Counted from the first letter of the whole stretch, positions 1 through 11,808 are shown. The stretch: 54,522 nt of DNA, filler included, from Dirinaria sp. TL-2023a (GCA_051941275.1; 3 parts of 3 records of this genome joined end to end with filler, not necessarily neighbours in it), one strand, 5' to 3'. The notes: a model not told the origin generated them from the sequence alone. Translations and numbers: made by a program.

Positions 1-450
1 AATGGACTTATGGCACAAGCAGACCTTCTTTCCAGCGCATGATATAACATTTTGGGGTACTGCACTCTTAAAGATCGCATAACGATTGCCTAGAAAGTCT
101 ACAGTCTGCTGCCATCCAATCAGTTATCAGGCGAGTGGTGAGTGCTGATTCAGTGCTCTGTCACGTAACCGAGGTCTCTATTCGTGCTTATCAAGTGCTT
201 ACGCGAAACATCGTCACATAAATTCTGCACCGTGTACCTGTTACTCGAGTCAGTAGGTATCCCAGTCATCGAGCGCTTTGTCACATGGAATTGCTCAGCA
301 GCCTGCCAAGGCAACCGCTGGAAGCCGCGCTAGCCGCTCTTTGATGGCCCCGCCAAAGACCTCCCCGCCAGAAAGGCTTCATCACGAGGAAAATTCCCTA
401 AGATACCCATGAAAAACCCCCTACATCGTATTCTTTGACATCACCTAGCC

Positions 451-1670
451 ATGAACACCGTTCGCTCAACCCTCTCCACACTGCGCGACCGCTGGGCACC
501 CGTAACCCATACCTCCACCTTCCGTAGCACTGGCCAGATAACTCCGGAAGAGTTTGTCCTTGCCGGAGACTACCTCGTCTACAAGTTCCCTACCTGGTCG
601 TGGAGCGATGCCGCCACTCCTGCCAAACGTGTCTCTTACCTCCCTCCCGAAAAGCAGTTCTTAGTCACGCGGGGCGTTCCCTGCCAGAGACGCCTAGATG
701 AGAATTTCGCCGGCGATGCAGGGCAAGATGAGGCGATGGTGCAAGACGGATTCGTGAGCGGTGCGGAAGGAGCAGGTGGGGAGGACGATGGATGGCTGCG
801 GACGGGAGGGTTGGCAGCGAGTCAAGAAGCGAGGGTGAGGGATGTAAGGACTGTGGATGAGAGCGGGGAGTTGGGAGAGAGGGACGAAGAAGAGGAGGAG
901 ATTCCCGATATGGAAGACGAGGAAGATGACGAAGAAGCCATAATCAGGGATCCGAAGGCTAAGGGGACGACTGCGTATGTTCCTGGATGTTGGCAACGGG
1001 TATCATGAGCTGACTGGGGTGAATCGCAGGCCGCTGAGAACGTATACGCTCTACATCACATATACCCCCTACTACCGGACTCCACGGTTATACCTCTCGG
1101 GCTACTTATCACAATCGGAACCTCTGCCACCTCACCTCATGATGGAGGATATCGTAGGTGACTACGCCGATAAGACTGTCACCCTAGAAGATTTCCCATT
1201 CTACAATACAGGTGTCAAGATGGCTTCGATACATCCGTGCAGGCATGCTTCTGTTATGAAGACCCTCCTCGACCGAGCAGATGCCGCCCTGAGCATACGC
1301 TTGCAAAAGATCAAGAAGGGCGGAAGCGGTGTAGCGGAGGGTGTTGACGGCAACGGCAACAGCGGCAAGATCGAGAGTGGCATGGAGGGTTTGGTGGATG
1401 AGCTGAGCCGAGCACAGATTGTGGAAAGGAGAGGTCAGGCAGCCGGCGTGGCTGCTGCTGGTGGCGCGGGAGGAGATGAGTGGGAAGTTCTACAGAACGA
1501 AGGTGGGACAGAGGAGGATGAGGTTGCTATTCGAGTGGACCAGTATCTGGTTGTGTTTCTGAAGGTTTGTTGAGTCAAGGAATCCGTGATTGCACCGTCA
1601 CTAACAGACGATGCAGTTCATGGCGAGTGTCACACCGGGTATCGAGCATGATTTTACCATGGGTGTCTAG
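451..1670 (+). CDS. ATG3: Autophagy E2-like conjugating enzyme Atg3 (exons 451-974, 1030-1564, 1617-1670)
   Basis: N-terminal [25 protein letters not shown], catalytic HPC motif (ASIHPCRHA), and C-terminal [37 protein letters not shown] and GTTTGT..CTAAC..CAG introns restore the frame. Confidence 0.97.
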
Positions 1671-2374
1671 CGATTACAGTGGTAAGTCGCTCTCCAAGAG
1701 TTAGAGGGTTATCGAGGGAGTCCTTGCTTGCATGGCGCCGGTGGCTGCTTAGAAAGGTTGGAAAGGAATCTCTTCTGGTCTGTTGCAGGCACTGCTACAA
1801 ATGCATTATGTCTAGGCTCTATTCTCTCCAGGCCGTGATCCATTCAGACCCCTCGAAGTATACCTCTTCTATTGGAAGTCTTCACGACAGCTATTGAGTG
1901 ATCCATCGAGATCTGGGCTGGATGCTTTGGTAGGTATCCGCCTTACAGTTTGTAAAGCGCCAAGCTTTCGCAAGAGCATGATTAATCATATACAGAAAGA
2001 GTTTTTCGCTTCCTGTTGATATCTCATTTTCGTTTCCTCCTTCCCATACCCTGATCTTTTCCAGATCTTTCCCAGGAGTCTTCCAAGCCAACCAGCATCT
2101 ATTCCTAGGAAACCATTTTTACGATAACACGAATCAACGATGTGACGCTGGCCCGATCAGCCAATGATTGCTCATCGTTAAAGCGTGAAACCGCCAAAGC
2201 GTGAAGCCTCCAAAGTACAATGTCTCTATGGTAGGATACAAAGCAGAGACCTTGACGCCTTCGAAAAAGCTTGTTTGCTGGTTTGAAAAAGTCAGTCGAT
2301 TTGCTCATACTGACTCATTGATTGCATGCTATGCTACACGCAATATGACTGCTGTGCCAAAGCTAAAGAACTAT

Positions 2375-3295
2375 CTACTTCACCAGCTTAATCCTTTTAA
2401 CGTCGTGTATCGGTTCAACTAAGTTTCGACGCTTCGATTTCCACCACCACTGCTCCAGAATCTGCTGCTCTTCAGGATCGTCTCCGATGCCGCGGACTTC
2501 GCACTTGATTTTCCGAGTGGGCAGATGTAGATAGTTTTGAAATAGATCCTTCAACGTAAATAGACGGCAACATCCACTGCCGCAATGCAGCTCTTTCACG
2601 TCTACTACGATCGATTCCACGTTCACGCAATACTCAAAATATCTCATCATCTCCCGTCACTCCAAATATATGTACTGAACTGCAGTTCGATGCACACGAG
2701 CCGTATGTAGTGGATTCACGATGCATGCAGGCTCTTCTCTGAGGCATTTAAAGAATGGTCGCTGTCGATAATTGCCGAGGTCGAATTTCATGACGACACG
2801 CTTTATCCAGGAACCCTGAACCCTCCAGAACTTATGAAGGCAGAGGCTCCTCGCGTATTGATCACCAGATTCGTAAGAATTGTTGTCGCTATCGGTAGAG
2901 TATAGACGACTACCGAGTCCTAGAGGGCCACAGTCCATTTGAGCAGTGATGTGGAAAAGATTTCTGCCGAAAAGTAAGGATCGCGCCTCATCCCGGATCT
3001 GCTTGTTGATGCATAGAATGGCTAATTGTAGATTGACAGAATATGCATTGGCAGATGCTCCTTGTTCGCGAAATATAGAAACCTTTCTGTGCGGAACGAT
3101 AGGCTTGTGACTACACAAACAGAGTTCGTAGATGATATCACGGATTTCTCTAGGGATCCCAAGGAATGTCGGCTCGGAACTTGCTGAAGATGTGAGTATC
3201 TTAGATCCTGTCTCTTTTTGAATCATTGAAGAGTTGACCGATAGATGATCTTGAGACAATGCCATCTGTAGGACATAATCAGCATCTATCATCAT
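2375..3295 (-). pseudogene. F-box-like/2EXR-type N-terminal motif protein with one in-frame TGA (2657-2659); pseudogene or readthrough candidate
   Basis: ORFs 2657-3295 and 2375-2650 are in the same frame, separated by TGA-CGG-GAG. Motifs FLGIPREIRDIIYELCL, AILCINKQIRDEA and ELHCGSGCCR are shared with the paralog at 3867-4790. Confidence 0.7.
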
Positions 3296-3920
3296 TGAAA
3301 ATCAAGAGATAAGTACAATGACGATGTTTGTCAGCTTTGAATCGCACTTCTTTAGGTCAGACAGAGCTGAAGATCAGCACAGCTTGAAGTATAGACATGT
3401 GTTCTGTTTTCATGTGTTCAGAAGCCGATCTAAAAGATGGCCTTGGTATGTCGGGGCAGTGATGTTCAATCTGCTCTGAAGGTCACTTCACTTTACTCTT
3501 CCCGAATCAAATCTCGCTTAGCAAATTGATTATGGAGCTGTTGATCACATGCCACAAAATGTCAGACTAAGGTAAATGCATCACTTGAGCTTGGAATCTT
3601 CTAATTCATGTCTTTTCATTCTTTTAGCATCTCGCATTATGCTTCGGAACTGCAAGTGATTGAGATGTAAAAATCTAACACTGTCCTCCTTTTCAATGCT
3701 CAGACTGACTGAGTTGTGAATAAGATCTTCAGCTTCGAGGTTGATGTGAATATACAGTACGAGACCCCTATTCTTGACTGATTGCCTCAGAGAGGGCTGC
3801 TTGTGAGTATTCCAAACCATCTGAAACTAAGATAAGAAGCCTAATGAACTTCTACGTTCTAGCGCTGTGTGGCCCAAGAACATACATATTCCTAAGACAC
3901 AAAAAGGAAAAGAGGCCACC

Positions 3921-4790
3921 ATGTCTTTGTTGAATATTAACCGAGCTCAAAACCCGAGTCGTTCAAACTTACTTGCCATACCTTTGGAGATCCGTAAAGA
4001 AATTTATGAACTCTGTCTATGTGTCGACGGCGATCTTGTCCCTTACCCAGAGCCTTTCGAAACCGAGTATGAAACAGATTGCAAGGGCCAGAAACCTACT
4101 GTCGCCCTTCTTGCTGTCAGTCGCCAGATCCGTGTTGAAACGCTGCTGATATTGTTCGCCAAGAATAGCTGGCGGATCACTTTCGCACCGGCAAGACTGA
4201 GCATCCCTGATATCGTCGATCAGGTCTATCCCAATACGCGGAGAACGTTCTGGGGCTGGTTTGGCCACTTGATGCGCCACATAGTCTGCCGCTACTCATA
4301 TCGCAATGTCGATGCAAAGGTGTCCACCCGAGATAGGAAAAAGATTTTCAGTACAGTGAGGGGCGAACTCGATGAGGATCAAACAAGTGTTATGCACCAG
4401 ATGGACTACGAGAACATGCAAATCGGATGGATATCGATGGGCCTTTCAGTTGCCAAATTGCCCAACCTCAAGACGCTAGCACTCCATATTGACGAACTGT
4501 TCTGTCCTGAAGGGTGCTGCCGCATAGGCCCTGTTACCTCCTTCTTCCCGTACTACATGCTTCCTCTCGATGCCAAGGTCGAAATATACGGGATTCGACC
4601 AGGTGCCCAAAGTCGCTATGAGGCCAAGCGCATTCGGGAAGCCATATTGAATAGGCTGCGGACATGGGAAAAGAACGCAGCCGAGGTGAATTACAAAATC
4701 CATGTACCGTCTGAGGGTGAAGGAACTAAGGCCTACTCTCTGGATGAAGTGGCTGAGTTTGCAGAGACAGAGGAGGCTCAGGAGACCTAG
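3921..4790 (+). CDS. Hypothetical protein with F-box-like N-terminal motif (LLAIPLEIRKEIYELCL) and CxxGCCR motif
   Basis: Intronless ORF; first ATG at 3921 in a good context (GCCACCATG). Clear paralog of the divergent gene at 2375-3295. Confidence 0.75.
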   Translation: MSLLNINRAQNPSRSNLLAIPLEIRKEIYELCLCVDGDLVPYPEPFETEYETDCKGQKPTVALLAVSRQIRVETLLILFAKNSWRITFAPARLSIPDIVDQVYPNTRRTFWGWFGHLMRHIVCRYSYRNVDAKVSTRDRKKIFSTVRGELDEDQTSVMHQMDYENMQIGWISMGLSVAKLPNLKTLALHIDELFCPEGCCRIGPVTSFFPYYMLPLDAKVEIYGIRPGAQSRYEAKRIREAILNRLRTWEKNAAEVNYKIHVPSEGEGTKAYSLDEVAEFAETEEAQET

Positions 4791-4857
4791 GTGCAGGCCC
4801 CCCCTACTTCTGCATTTGGCGTGTGCATGTATTCAATGTAGCCGCTCCTCTCAAAAT

Positions 4858-4931
4858 AACGTTTTCACGAAGTGGCAATGGACTGATCCGTCATGATAGT
4901 GCCACTGTCAAATCGACAAATCGTTAAATGT
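4858..4931 (+). repeat. ~70-nt structured element, copy A (copy B at 11414-11486)
   Basis: 51/67 identical positions to copy B by hand alignment. Stems AGTGGCA/TGCCACT and TGTC/GACA. Confidence 0.7.
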
Positions 4932-5503
4932 TGAGAGACGTCAGAAATAGATGACTCTTGCTATTTGAATTCTGAAGCATCGAATTGAGAAGAAAGACAT
5001 TGATGACCGACAGTAAGTATCTCAAGATAGTGATCCATGCGACATATAGAGGAGGGTAGAGTTTCGAGATGTCAAGATTTCGCAACACACATGCACACGC
5101 TAAATCCCTGGAGATCGTAGTCAGTGAAGGAAATGAATAACGTTACGGAGGTTCTTGAGACAACTTAGTATTGCAGCAAAGAGAAGCAAACACTCCGCTC
5201 TGTCGAGAAGTATCACATCTGCTTCGCATTCCTTTCATGATGTATTCCTACTCAGTCTATCCCTATCTCATACATGCGTGCTACGTCGATTGCTCAAGGA
5301 CCCATTAGCTTCAAAGGTAGATATGATGTCAGGCCAAAATATTCGCTTACTCCACAAGGTACAGGTCTGGAATCAGAACGAGATTGCATGTCTGAGTCCG
5401 CGCTATGTTAAAATCCATTTTCTGTACGAAGTATGAAGTCAGAATCAGTTGACTTTCTTATCCGAGGCCTCGCTAAACCAAGCGGGCTGCGATGGCGTCC
5501 GGG

Positions 5504-5549
5504 TTTCCAATTCCGACATGACAAACTCGAAACCCTAATATGGTTAGCG
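5504..5549 (+). repeat. Bipartite dispersed motif, diverged copy 1
   Basis: TTCCAA-N18-GAAACCCTAATATGGTTAGCG resembles TTCAAA-N18-AGAAACCCCGATCTGGTTAGCGC at ~17934. Confidence 0.55.
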
Positions 5550-5806
5550 GGAACGAGTCAAAACTCACGTGCTCATGAATCGCTGTCGTGTTCGATGCAG
5601 TTTTTATTGGAGCTTCAATTCCATCCCAAGCAAGGATAGATGATCACTGTGTCGAACCAGCATTTCAGTTTCTCATGTTCTTATACCTGTTCTTGTTCTC
5701 GTAATTTTGTACCGATAGAGCATCCCAAAGCCGTTTGTTCGTCAATCTCAGCGCTAAAGATATCGCAAAAGCCTATTCAAGCGCTCAAACACCTGGCGAA
5801 TAATGT

Positions 5807-7368
5807 TCAGAACATTGCTTGTCCTTCTTTACTCGATGTAAGAACCGTCTCTAATCTTTCTAGTGCCTCATCGAAAAGCACATCCTCCACAGCAAAGCTG
5901 ATACGAACCCAACCTTTTTCGACCATGTGATATGTTCGGCCTGGCGCAACTGCAACACCAGCATGACGCAGCCTCTCCACCATTGCGTACTCTTCGTCCC
6001 AAGATATCGCATGGGGCGCAACTCTTACCAACACAGACACACCAGCATTGCATGGCACATAGCTGATGCCGCAACGATTCAGCATCGTTGTCAGCATAGA
6101 ATACTTTCGTCCCAGTCGCTCTGAACTCGAACGTATGAGACTTGATACAGTGGGAAGAGAGAGAAGTTCGACTGCAAACACCGACGAAAGGGTTGAGACG
6201 TTCATATGGGCGCCAAGCGCAAGTCCATTGCGGAGATCATCATTTTGCTGAGTGACTGTGCAACCCTAAGGAATCGAGTCAATGCCAGCTCTAAAAAAGG
6301 GCTTCACCGACTTACAATCTTGATTCCGCTACAGCCGAGAGCTTTGCTCATACTCCATACAACGTGTATCCTCCATGGATCACAACCAAGAGCTGCGGGA
6401 TCGATAGCCAAAGCTGAAACGAAATCGCAACCGTTGGGCCGATCAGCGCTTTTGAAGGATGTCAAAGCGAAGACCTCATCCGAGATCAAGTGAATGTTTC
6501 GCCTCTGACAGAATTCTAGATAGGCTTCAAGAACTGACTTCGAGTAGCAGGTCCCCAAAGGATTATGTGGGTTTGAGATAATCAAGGCTTTGATTGAACA
6601 CGTAGCCTCGTTCCATGCCTTTTCCAATGCACATAACATCGCATCGGTCATGGATTCGGCAAGATCCGGAACTGTGATGGGCATTGGCGTTACGCTTGCG
6701 CGCAGTCTTAGGAAAACGTCGTAGCCATCTGTACTGACGCTTTCTTAGCCAATGTACGACGAAGATTGGTCAGCTCAGCTAATTCCCTCGGTGGCATGCT
6801 GAGCGTACAGCATCCATATCATCTCGAATTGGAAGAATTCCTTGAAACACGAAAAACATGTGGACTGAGATCACGAGAGTCTATCATCTCGCACAACAAG
6901 AGAAATGGTCGCGTACTCCAGTAAGGCGCTGGTATCAGAACCCCATCGCCAGGATCGCAGATGTTGTAAAGCAATGCGTCAAGAGCAAATGCCGCACCCG
7001 GTGCCACAGCAATTTGGCTAGGATGGACTAATAGACGAGGGTTAAAATTTTCGTTGAGCAGAGTGGCGAGTCGTTCCAATAGCTCTGTATTACCCCAGAA
7101 GCCCTTCGGCCAGTCGAAGTGCTAATAGATTGGCTGAGCTTCAGAGCTTCGAGTTTTGAGAGTTACGAACATGTCTTTGAAGTTTTCGGCTAATTGCGAG
7201 CTTGCATTCATCCAACACCTCGTCGCGAATAAGCCAGTTTTCTGCCATGGACATATCTATACAATCATTCTGATCTGGTGTACCCTCGCTGTCTTGTAAC
7301 AGTTTTTTCGGTACTCGGGACATAATCTGAGTAATATTCAACCGTCCTCGCTCTGAGAAAGAACCCAT
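5807..7368 (-). CDS. PLP-dependent fold-type I enzyme (aminotransferase class I/II, ACC-synthase-like), ~424 aa; exons 7368-7171, 7121-6917, 6728-6316, 6265-5807
   Basis: Motifs DMSMAENWL, DGVLIPAPYW, ISNPHNPLG, HLISDEVF, WSMSK (PLP lysine) and GWVRISFA. Three GT-AG introns join the ORF fragments in frame. Confidence 0.9.
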
Positions 7369-8504
7369 TGCGTTTGGCCTCGGTCTCAACCTTCAATACA
7401 TAAGATCAGAGGAAGCGAAAGTTCCGCTGCGGATATCATTCGTTTAAACAGCAAGCAATGGTGCCAACCGTGGCTGCAATACTAAATCAGCCAGGCTGAA
7501 GGCAAGCAGCAGTAAGACGAAGAGAAACTATATATTCAAAGCGAGCCTCCATCAGTGATGGATTCAGCCTTTGTTCTCCCAACGATGAGTGAGGCGCTAA
7601 TGATCGGCGATAGAAACATTTAAACTTCTCGAGGACTTAGCCGGGAGCAAGAGCAAATCAAGCACTTCAACCTTTTCATTGTATTGAGCCATCGGACTTC
7701 ACCGTTATCATGGTCTTGTATTGACTTGCGCAAAGGCTTTATCGCTCCTTGGTACCTAGAAGAAGACGCCTTATGCACCTCCCTGGCAAGCTGAACAAAT
7801 TCCATAGCTGATGATGGTAGAAGATGGTTTGTTCAAATATGAAACCCAAAGTTGGCTTCGCTCCAGCCTAGAATATCGGGGACCCCGCTTCATGGTTGGC
7901 TTAAGCAATCGGGATGATCCTTCGGGTGAACAAAATCGGGAGCTGATTGCCTTGTTCGGGTGCCAAGCTCGCCAGCTGTACACCTAGTTGCGTGGTTCGT
8001 ACGTTATGCAGTCGCTTCATTTGCACCTCTTCAGCTTTTCCTTATTTTGGTCCATCTCGCGATCGCTGTGCTTTCTCTTTGCTTCATCCGAGCAAACTTT
8101 TGGTGCTGTCCAATGCTCTTAACTCAATGAGATTAGTCACTGTAGTAAAGCCAACCTGGAGTATGTGTTTTACTCTGCCGATCCCTATCTCAATCGATAT
8201 CTAGTTCTACGGTTATCGCAATGGCTGACTTTGGTCTAAATGGCAATCTACGAATCGGCTTTTCCCGAAAAAATTCCGTCTTTACTTTTATCGATTCCGG
8301 GTGGTCTCTCTGATTAGTTGGAACAGTGGTGTCAAAGTTCTTAAATGGGGTGTCCATCCGGTGAATTCTATATAAAATACGATATGTCGAGCTCATCCGA
8401 CACATCAGCGAGCGTAAGTTTAATGCCGCACGTTCTGCTTTCATCCCACAGCAACTTCCTTCCGCAAAAGAGAAGCACTGAGAATCTATCGTGCCATCAA
8501 CATT

Positions 8505-10780
8505 ATGCAAGCAATTCCTGAACCTCCTCATGACTGCGGTCGACGGCTCATTCCAAACCTCATCGATGATATTGCCTCCTGTGACCCTCAAAGAACATTT
8601 CTTTCGGTACCAAAATCAATGAATTTGAAGGATGGGTTCGAGGATATCAGCTACGCCAGATTTGCGAAGGCAGTCAATCATTGTTCATGGTGGATCAAAG
8701 AGCAGTTGAGCGATGAAAGCCATTCACAGACGGTAGCCTACCAAGGCCCGCTTGACATACGGTATTTCATGATTCTCCTAGCCGCTTCCAAGACAGGCCA
8801 TGTGGTACTCATCTCCGTTTCCTTTCGTGAGGATTTTCCTGTGTTAATGCTTTCCAGGCATTCTTGAGTTCCCATCGTAACAGTCTTGAAGCGCATTTGA
8901 AGCTCTTGGAACAGACACAATGTCGTATCATGTTTGTCGCGAAGCAAGCCCCTGCGATGACGAGCAGAATCCTCGAGGAGAGGGACATGGTCGAAATAGC
9001 CATGCCTGACTTTGAATACTTTGACAACAACGACGAAGTCAACGTTTACCCATGGCAAGGAACATTCGACGAGGTCAAAGACAAAGCTTTTGTAATATTG
9101 CATACTTCCGGGTCAACAGGGATTCCAAAACCAGTGTACGTCACTCATGGAGTCTTCGCGAGCAATGATGCTCACCAATTAATTCCCTCTCTTGGAGGAA
9201 GGCCCACCTTTGGAGATCTTGTCAGAGGCAAACGCTATCTGGTCGCACTACCGGCATTCCATTCAGCTAATCTCACATTCACCTTGGGCTTTAACGTTTT
9301 CTTTGGTGTCACATGTGTTCTTCCACCGCCCATACCGATGACTGCTGATGTTCTGGATCAAGTGCATACGTTTGGTCAGGTCGATGGTTCCCTTTTTCCA
9401 CCTTCGTTATTAGTCGAAATCTCTAATAATCCAGATTATCTGGCTAACATGCTAAAACGGTTGCAATTTGTCGCTTACGTCGGAGGTGCACTTCCCAAGC
9501 ATATCGGAGATCAGATCTCGTCAAAAGTACGATTAATCACGCTGTTCGGGTCGACTGAAACGAAACTCTACCCCCTTGAGATTTCAGATAATTCTGCGGA
9601 CTGGGAATACATCTCTATCAGCAAATTTCTGGGCAACGAGTTTCGCCCATGCAAGAATAATCTGTCCGAAAATGTCATAGTCCGCAATGCCGATCTTTGT
9701 CTCTTCCAGGGTGTGTTCTCCGCATTCCCTGCCCTCCAAGAGTATCCTACAAAGGACCTCTGGGAGCAGCATCCTGAAAAGAAAGACTACTGGGCTTTTC
9801 GAGCGAGAACAGATGATATCATCTCATTTAATAACTCCGAGAAGCTCAACCCTATCACTATGGAGAGAAGCATTGCAAGCAACCCCCTTGTGAAGTCTGC
9901 GGTGATCGGCGGTCACGGCGAGTTTCAAGCCTTCCTTCTGGTCGAGCCATGTAAACCGGCGCGGGATGAGAAAGCACGTGAAAGGTTCGTCAATGAGATA
10001 TGGCCAACTGTGCGAGAGGCGAATCGTGACTGCCCCGCGCATGGGCGGATCATGAAAGACTTCATCATAGTTGCTGATCCAGAGAAGCCGCTTCCAAGGG
10101 CGGGAAAGGAAAGCGTCCTGCGCTTTGCCGCCCTTGACCTGTACGCCATCGAGGTTCAGTCACTGTACAGCACAAGAAGAGAGGAGCAGCAAGTGGAATC
10201 TATCGGCAGTGATGTTGGCTCCGGCATAGTGGGGAAGATCAGCTTGACATCGGAACCAACAGGAGCTCATGATGGGGAATCTGATCAAGAAAAGGAGCTG
10301 GTTGATATGCAAGTAGCAGAGCTTGATGCTCGTATCGAAGAAGCCTTGCATCATATGCTGCCGAACTTACTTGGCCAGTATCTCGGACCGGCCATGGTCC
10401 AGATATTGAACAAAGCATCGCCAGACTCGATGTGCAGCAGCCACTCGCAAAAATCTTTCTACGCCACTACCTGCGGCTCAAGAACTCACACCACCAACAG
10501 CTCAAAGCGCAAAATGGGAGGCGCGCCTCAGCTACAGAGACAAGATTTACGCCGAGGAATCTATGCCGCGATGGATGAATGTACTTATCTGCACAACGTG
10601 ACGGACCAGGCAAATCTCTTCGAATGCGGACTTGATTCGCTCCAAGTCACGGCGTTGGTGCGCGAGATTAACGCTTTTCTGCGCACGTATCGACCGGTCG
10701 TCGGTACTGTGACTAAGAAGGTTGTGTACGACAATCCAAGCATTGAGAGATTAGTGGAGGTCATAGATCAATACTCTTGA
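8505..10780 (+). CDS. NRPS-like adenylation-thiolation (A-T) protein of the fungal carboxylic-acid-reductase-like family, with no C-terminal reductase domain, ~740 aa; exons 8505-8804, 8858-10780
   Basis: A-domain motifs ILHTSGSTGIPKPV, LFGSTE, TKDL, RTDDII, EKLNP and PRAGK. Carrier motif LFECGLDSL. The stop follows the T domain directly. Confidence 0.9.
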
Positions 10781-11164
10781 GAGGACGAGCTTTATGTACA
10801 GAGGATTTGGAGTCATGCAGAAATGAAGTCTGTACGCATCTGAGCCAGCAACAAGCAAGTCGACCTTTCAAATTTCATGGCACGGCAAGAATGCCATCCA
10901 TAGACCCAAGAGCTATTCCAGCCTTAGTCTTCGTGCTGCTCGGTTGATGCGATCTTCGACCGAGGCAAAGATTGGTGGAAATCATCTTGTAAGGTTCTAA
11001 TTGTTCACTCGCCCATAGATCCTCTGATACTCCTGGTAATACGTCTGTCAATTTGAGATTTCATTGTTTGCGAAATAGAACGCCCTGACCATTTAGAATA
11101 TTGTAACGAAGACTTTCGCATTTCGAAGAGTTCAGTTTTAAGAAATCAGATTTGGAACTCGGTC

Positions 11165-11295
11165 CGCGCGATTGCCCTCAAGGCACTCTATGGGTTGTGC
11201 TTCATAAGTACCACGGTATGTAGTCGTGCTTCGTACTGTACTTTATGCTTCAAAATCCAACACCAAACGCTGAGAAACACCTATTAGGCTAGTGC
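11165..11295 (+). repeat. Bipartite dispersed motif, copy 2, with ~80-nt upstream extension shared with 17835-17980
   Basis: Colinear blocks GCGCGATTG, GGG(T/C)TGTGCTT, GTATG, GTCGTGCTTCG, TGCTTCAAA and AGAAAC..GG(C/T)TAG(T/C)GC in both copies. Confidence 0.7.
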
Positions 11296-11413
11296 AGTCT
11301 GACCACCGCCTCTCACACACCACGCTCCCCCTACTCGTAGTACCACCTATCAATGCCTCAAGATTAAAGATTAGCCACTCCTCTGCTCTGGTAGAGTCCA
11401 AGCCTCAAGCAGA

Positions 11414-11486
11414 AACGTTTCCACGAAGTGACGATGGGCGAATTAACCATGAACGCGCCACTGTCAAGTAGACAAACCGTCAATGT
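11414..11486 (+). repeat. ~70-nt structured element, copy B
   Basis: Direct repeat of 4858-4931. The upstream block TAGCCRCTCCTCT is also shared (4839-4851 and 11372-11384). Confidence 0.7.
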
Positions 11487-11808
11487 GAAAAGCCAGAGCA
11501 TGACAAATTTTGGTGCTGTCTAAGCGGCTAGTTTAGCGCGTTAACTATATACCTCTGTATTTCTGTGCACCCAAGAACCCTTCGGCGCGTCCACTTCCTA
11601 ACACGGCATCTTCGTCCATCCACATCGCAAGATTCCAACACTGTGATTGGCTTTATCTTCCTACTTTTAAAGCAACCCTCCCAAGACCTCAAACAAATCA
11701 TATCCACGGTCGCTTACGACCATCAATAGCAGCCCAACGAGCGACATAGAAGCCGAAAAGACTGTGATCAAAGAAGGCGGAAGCGCGTCCCAATTCCAAC
11801 CGGCAAAT

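Noticed and set aside
4839..4931. HDV-like or hammerhead ribozyme
   Set aside because: TYCACG resembles the HDV L3 loop, but P1, P2 and P3 pairings are not supported in both copies. There is no CUGANGA hammerhead core on either strand.
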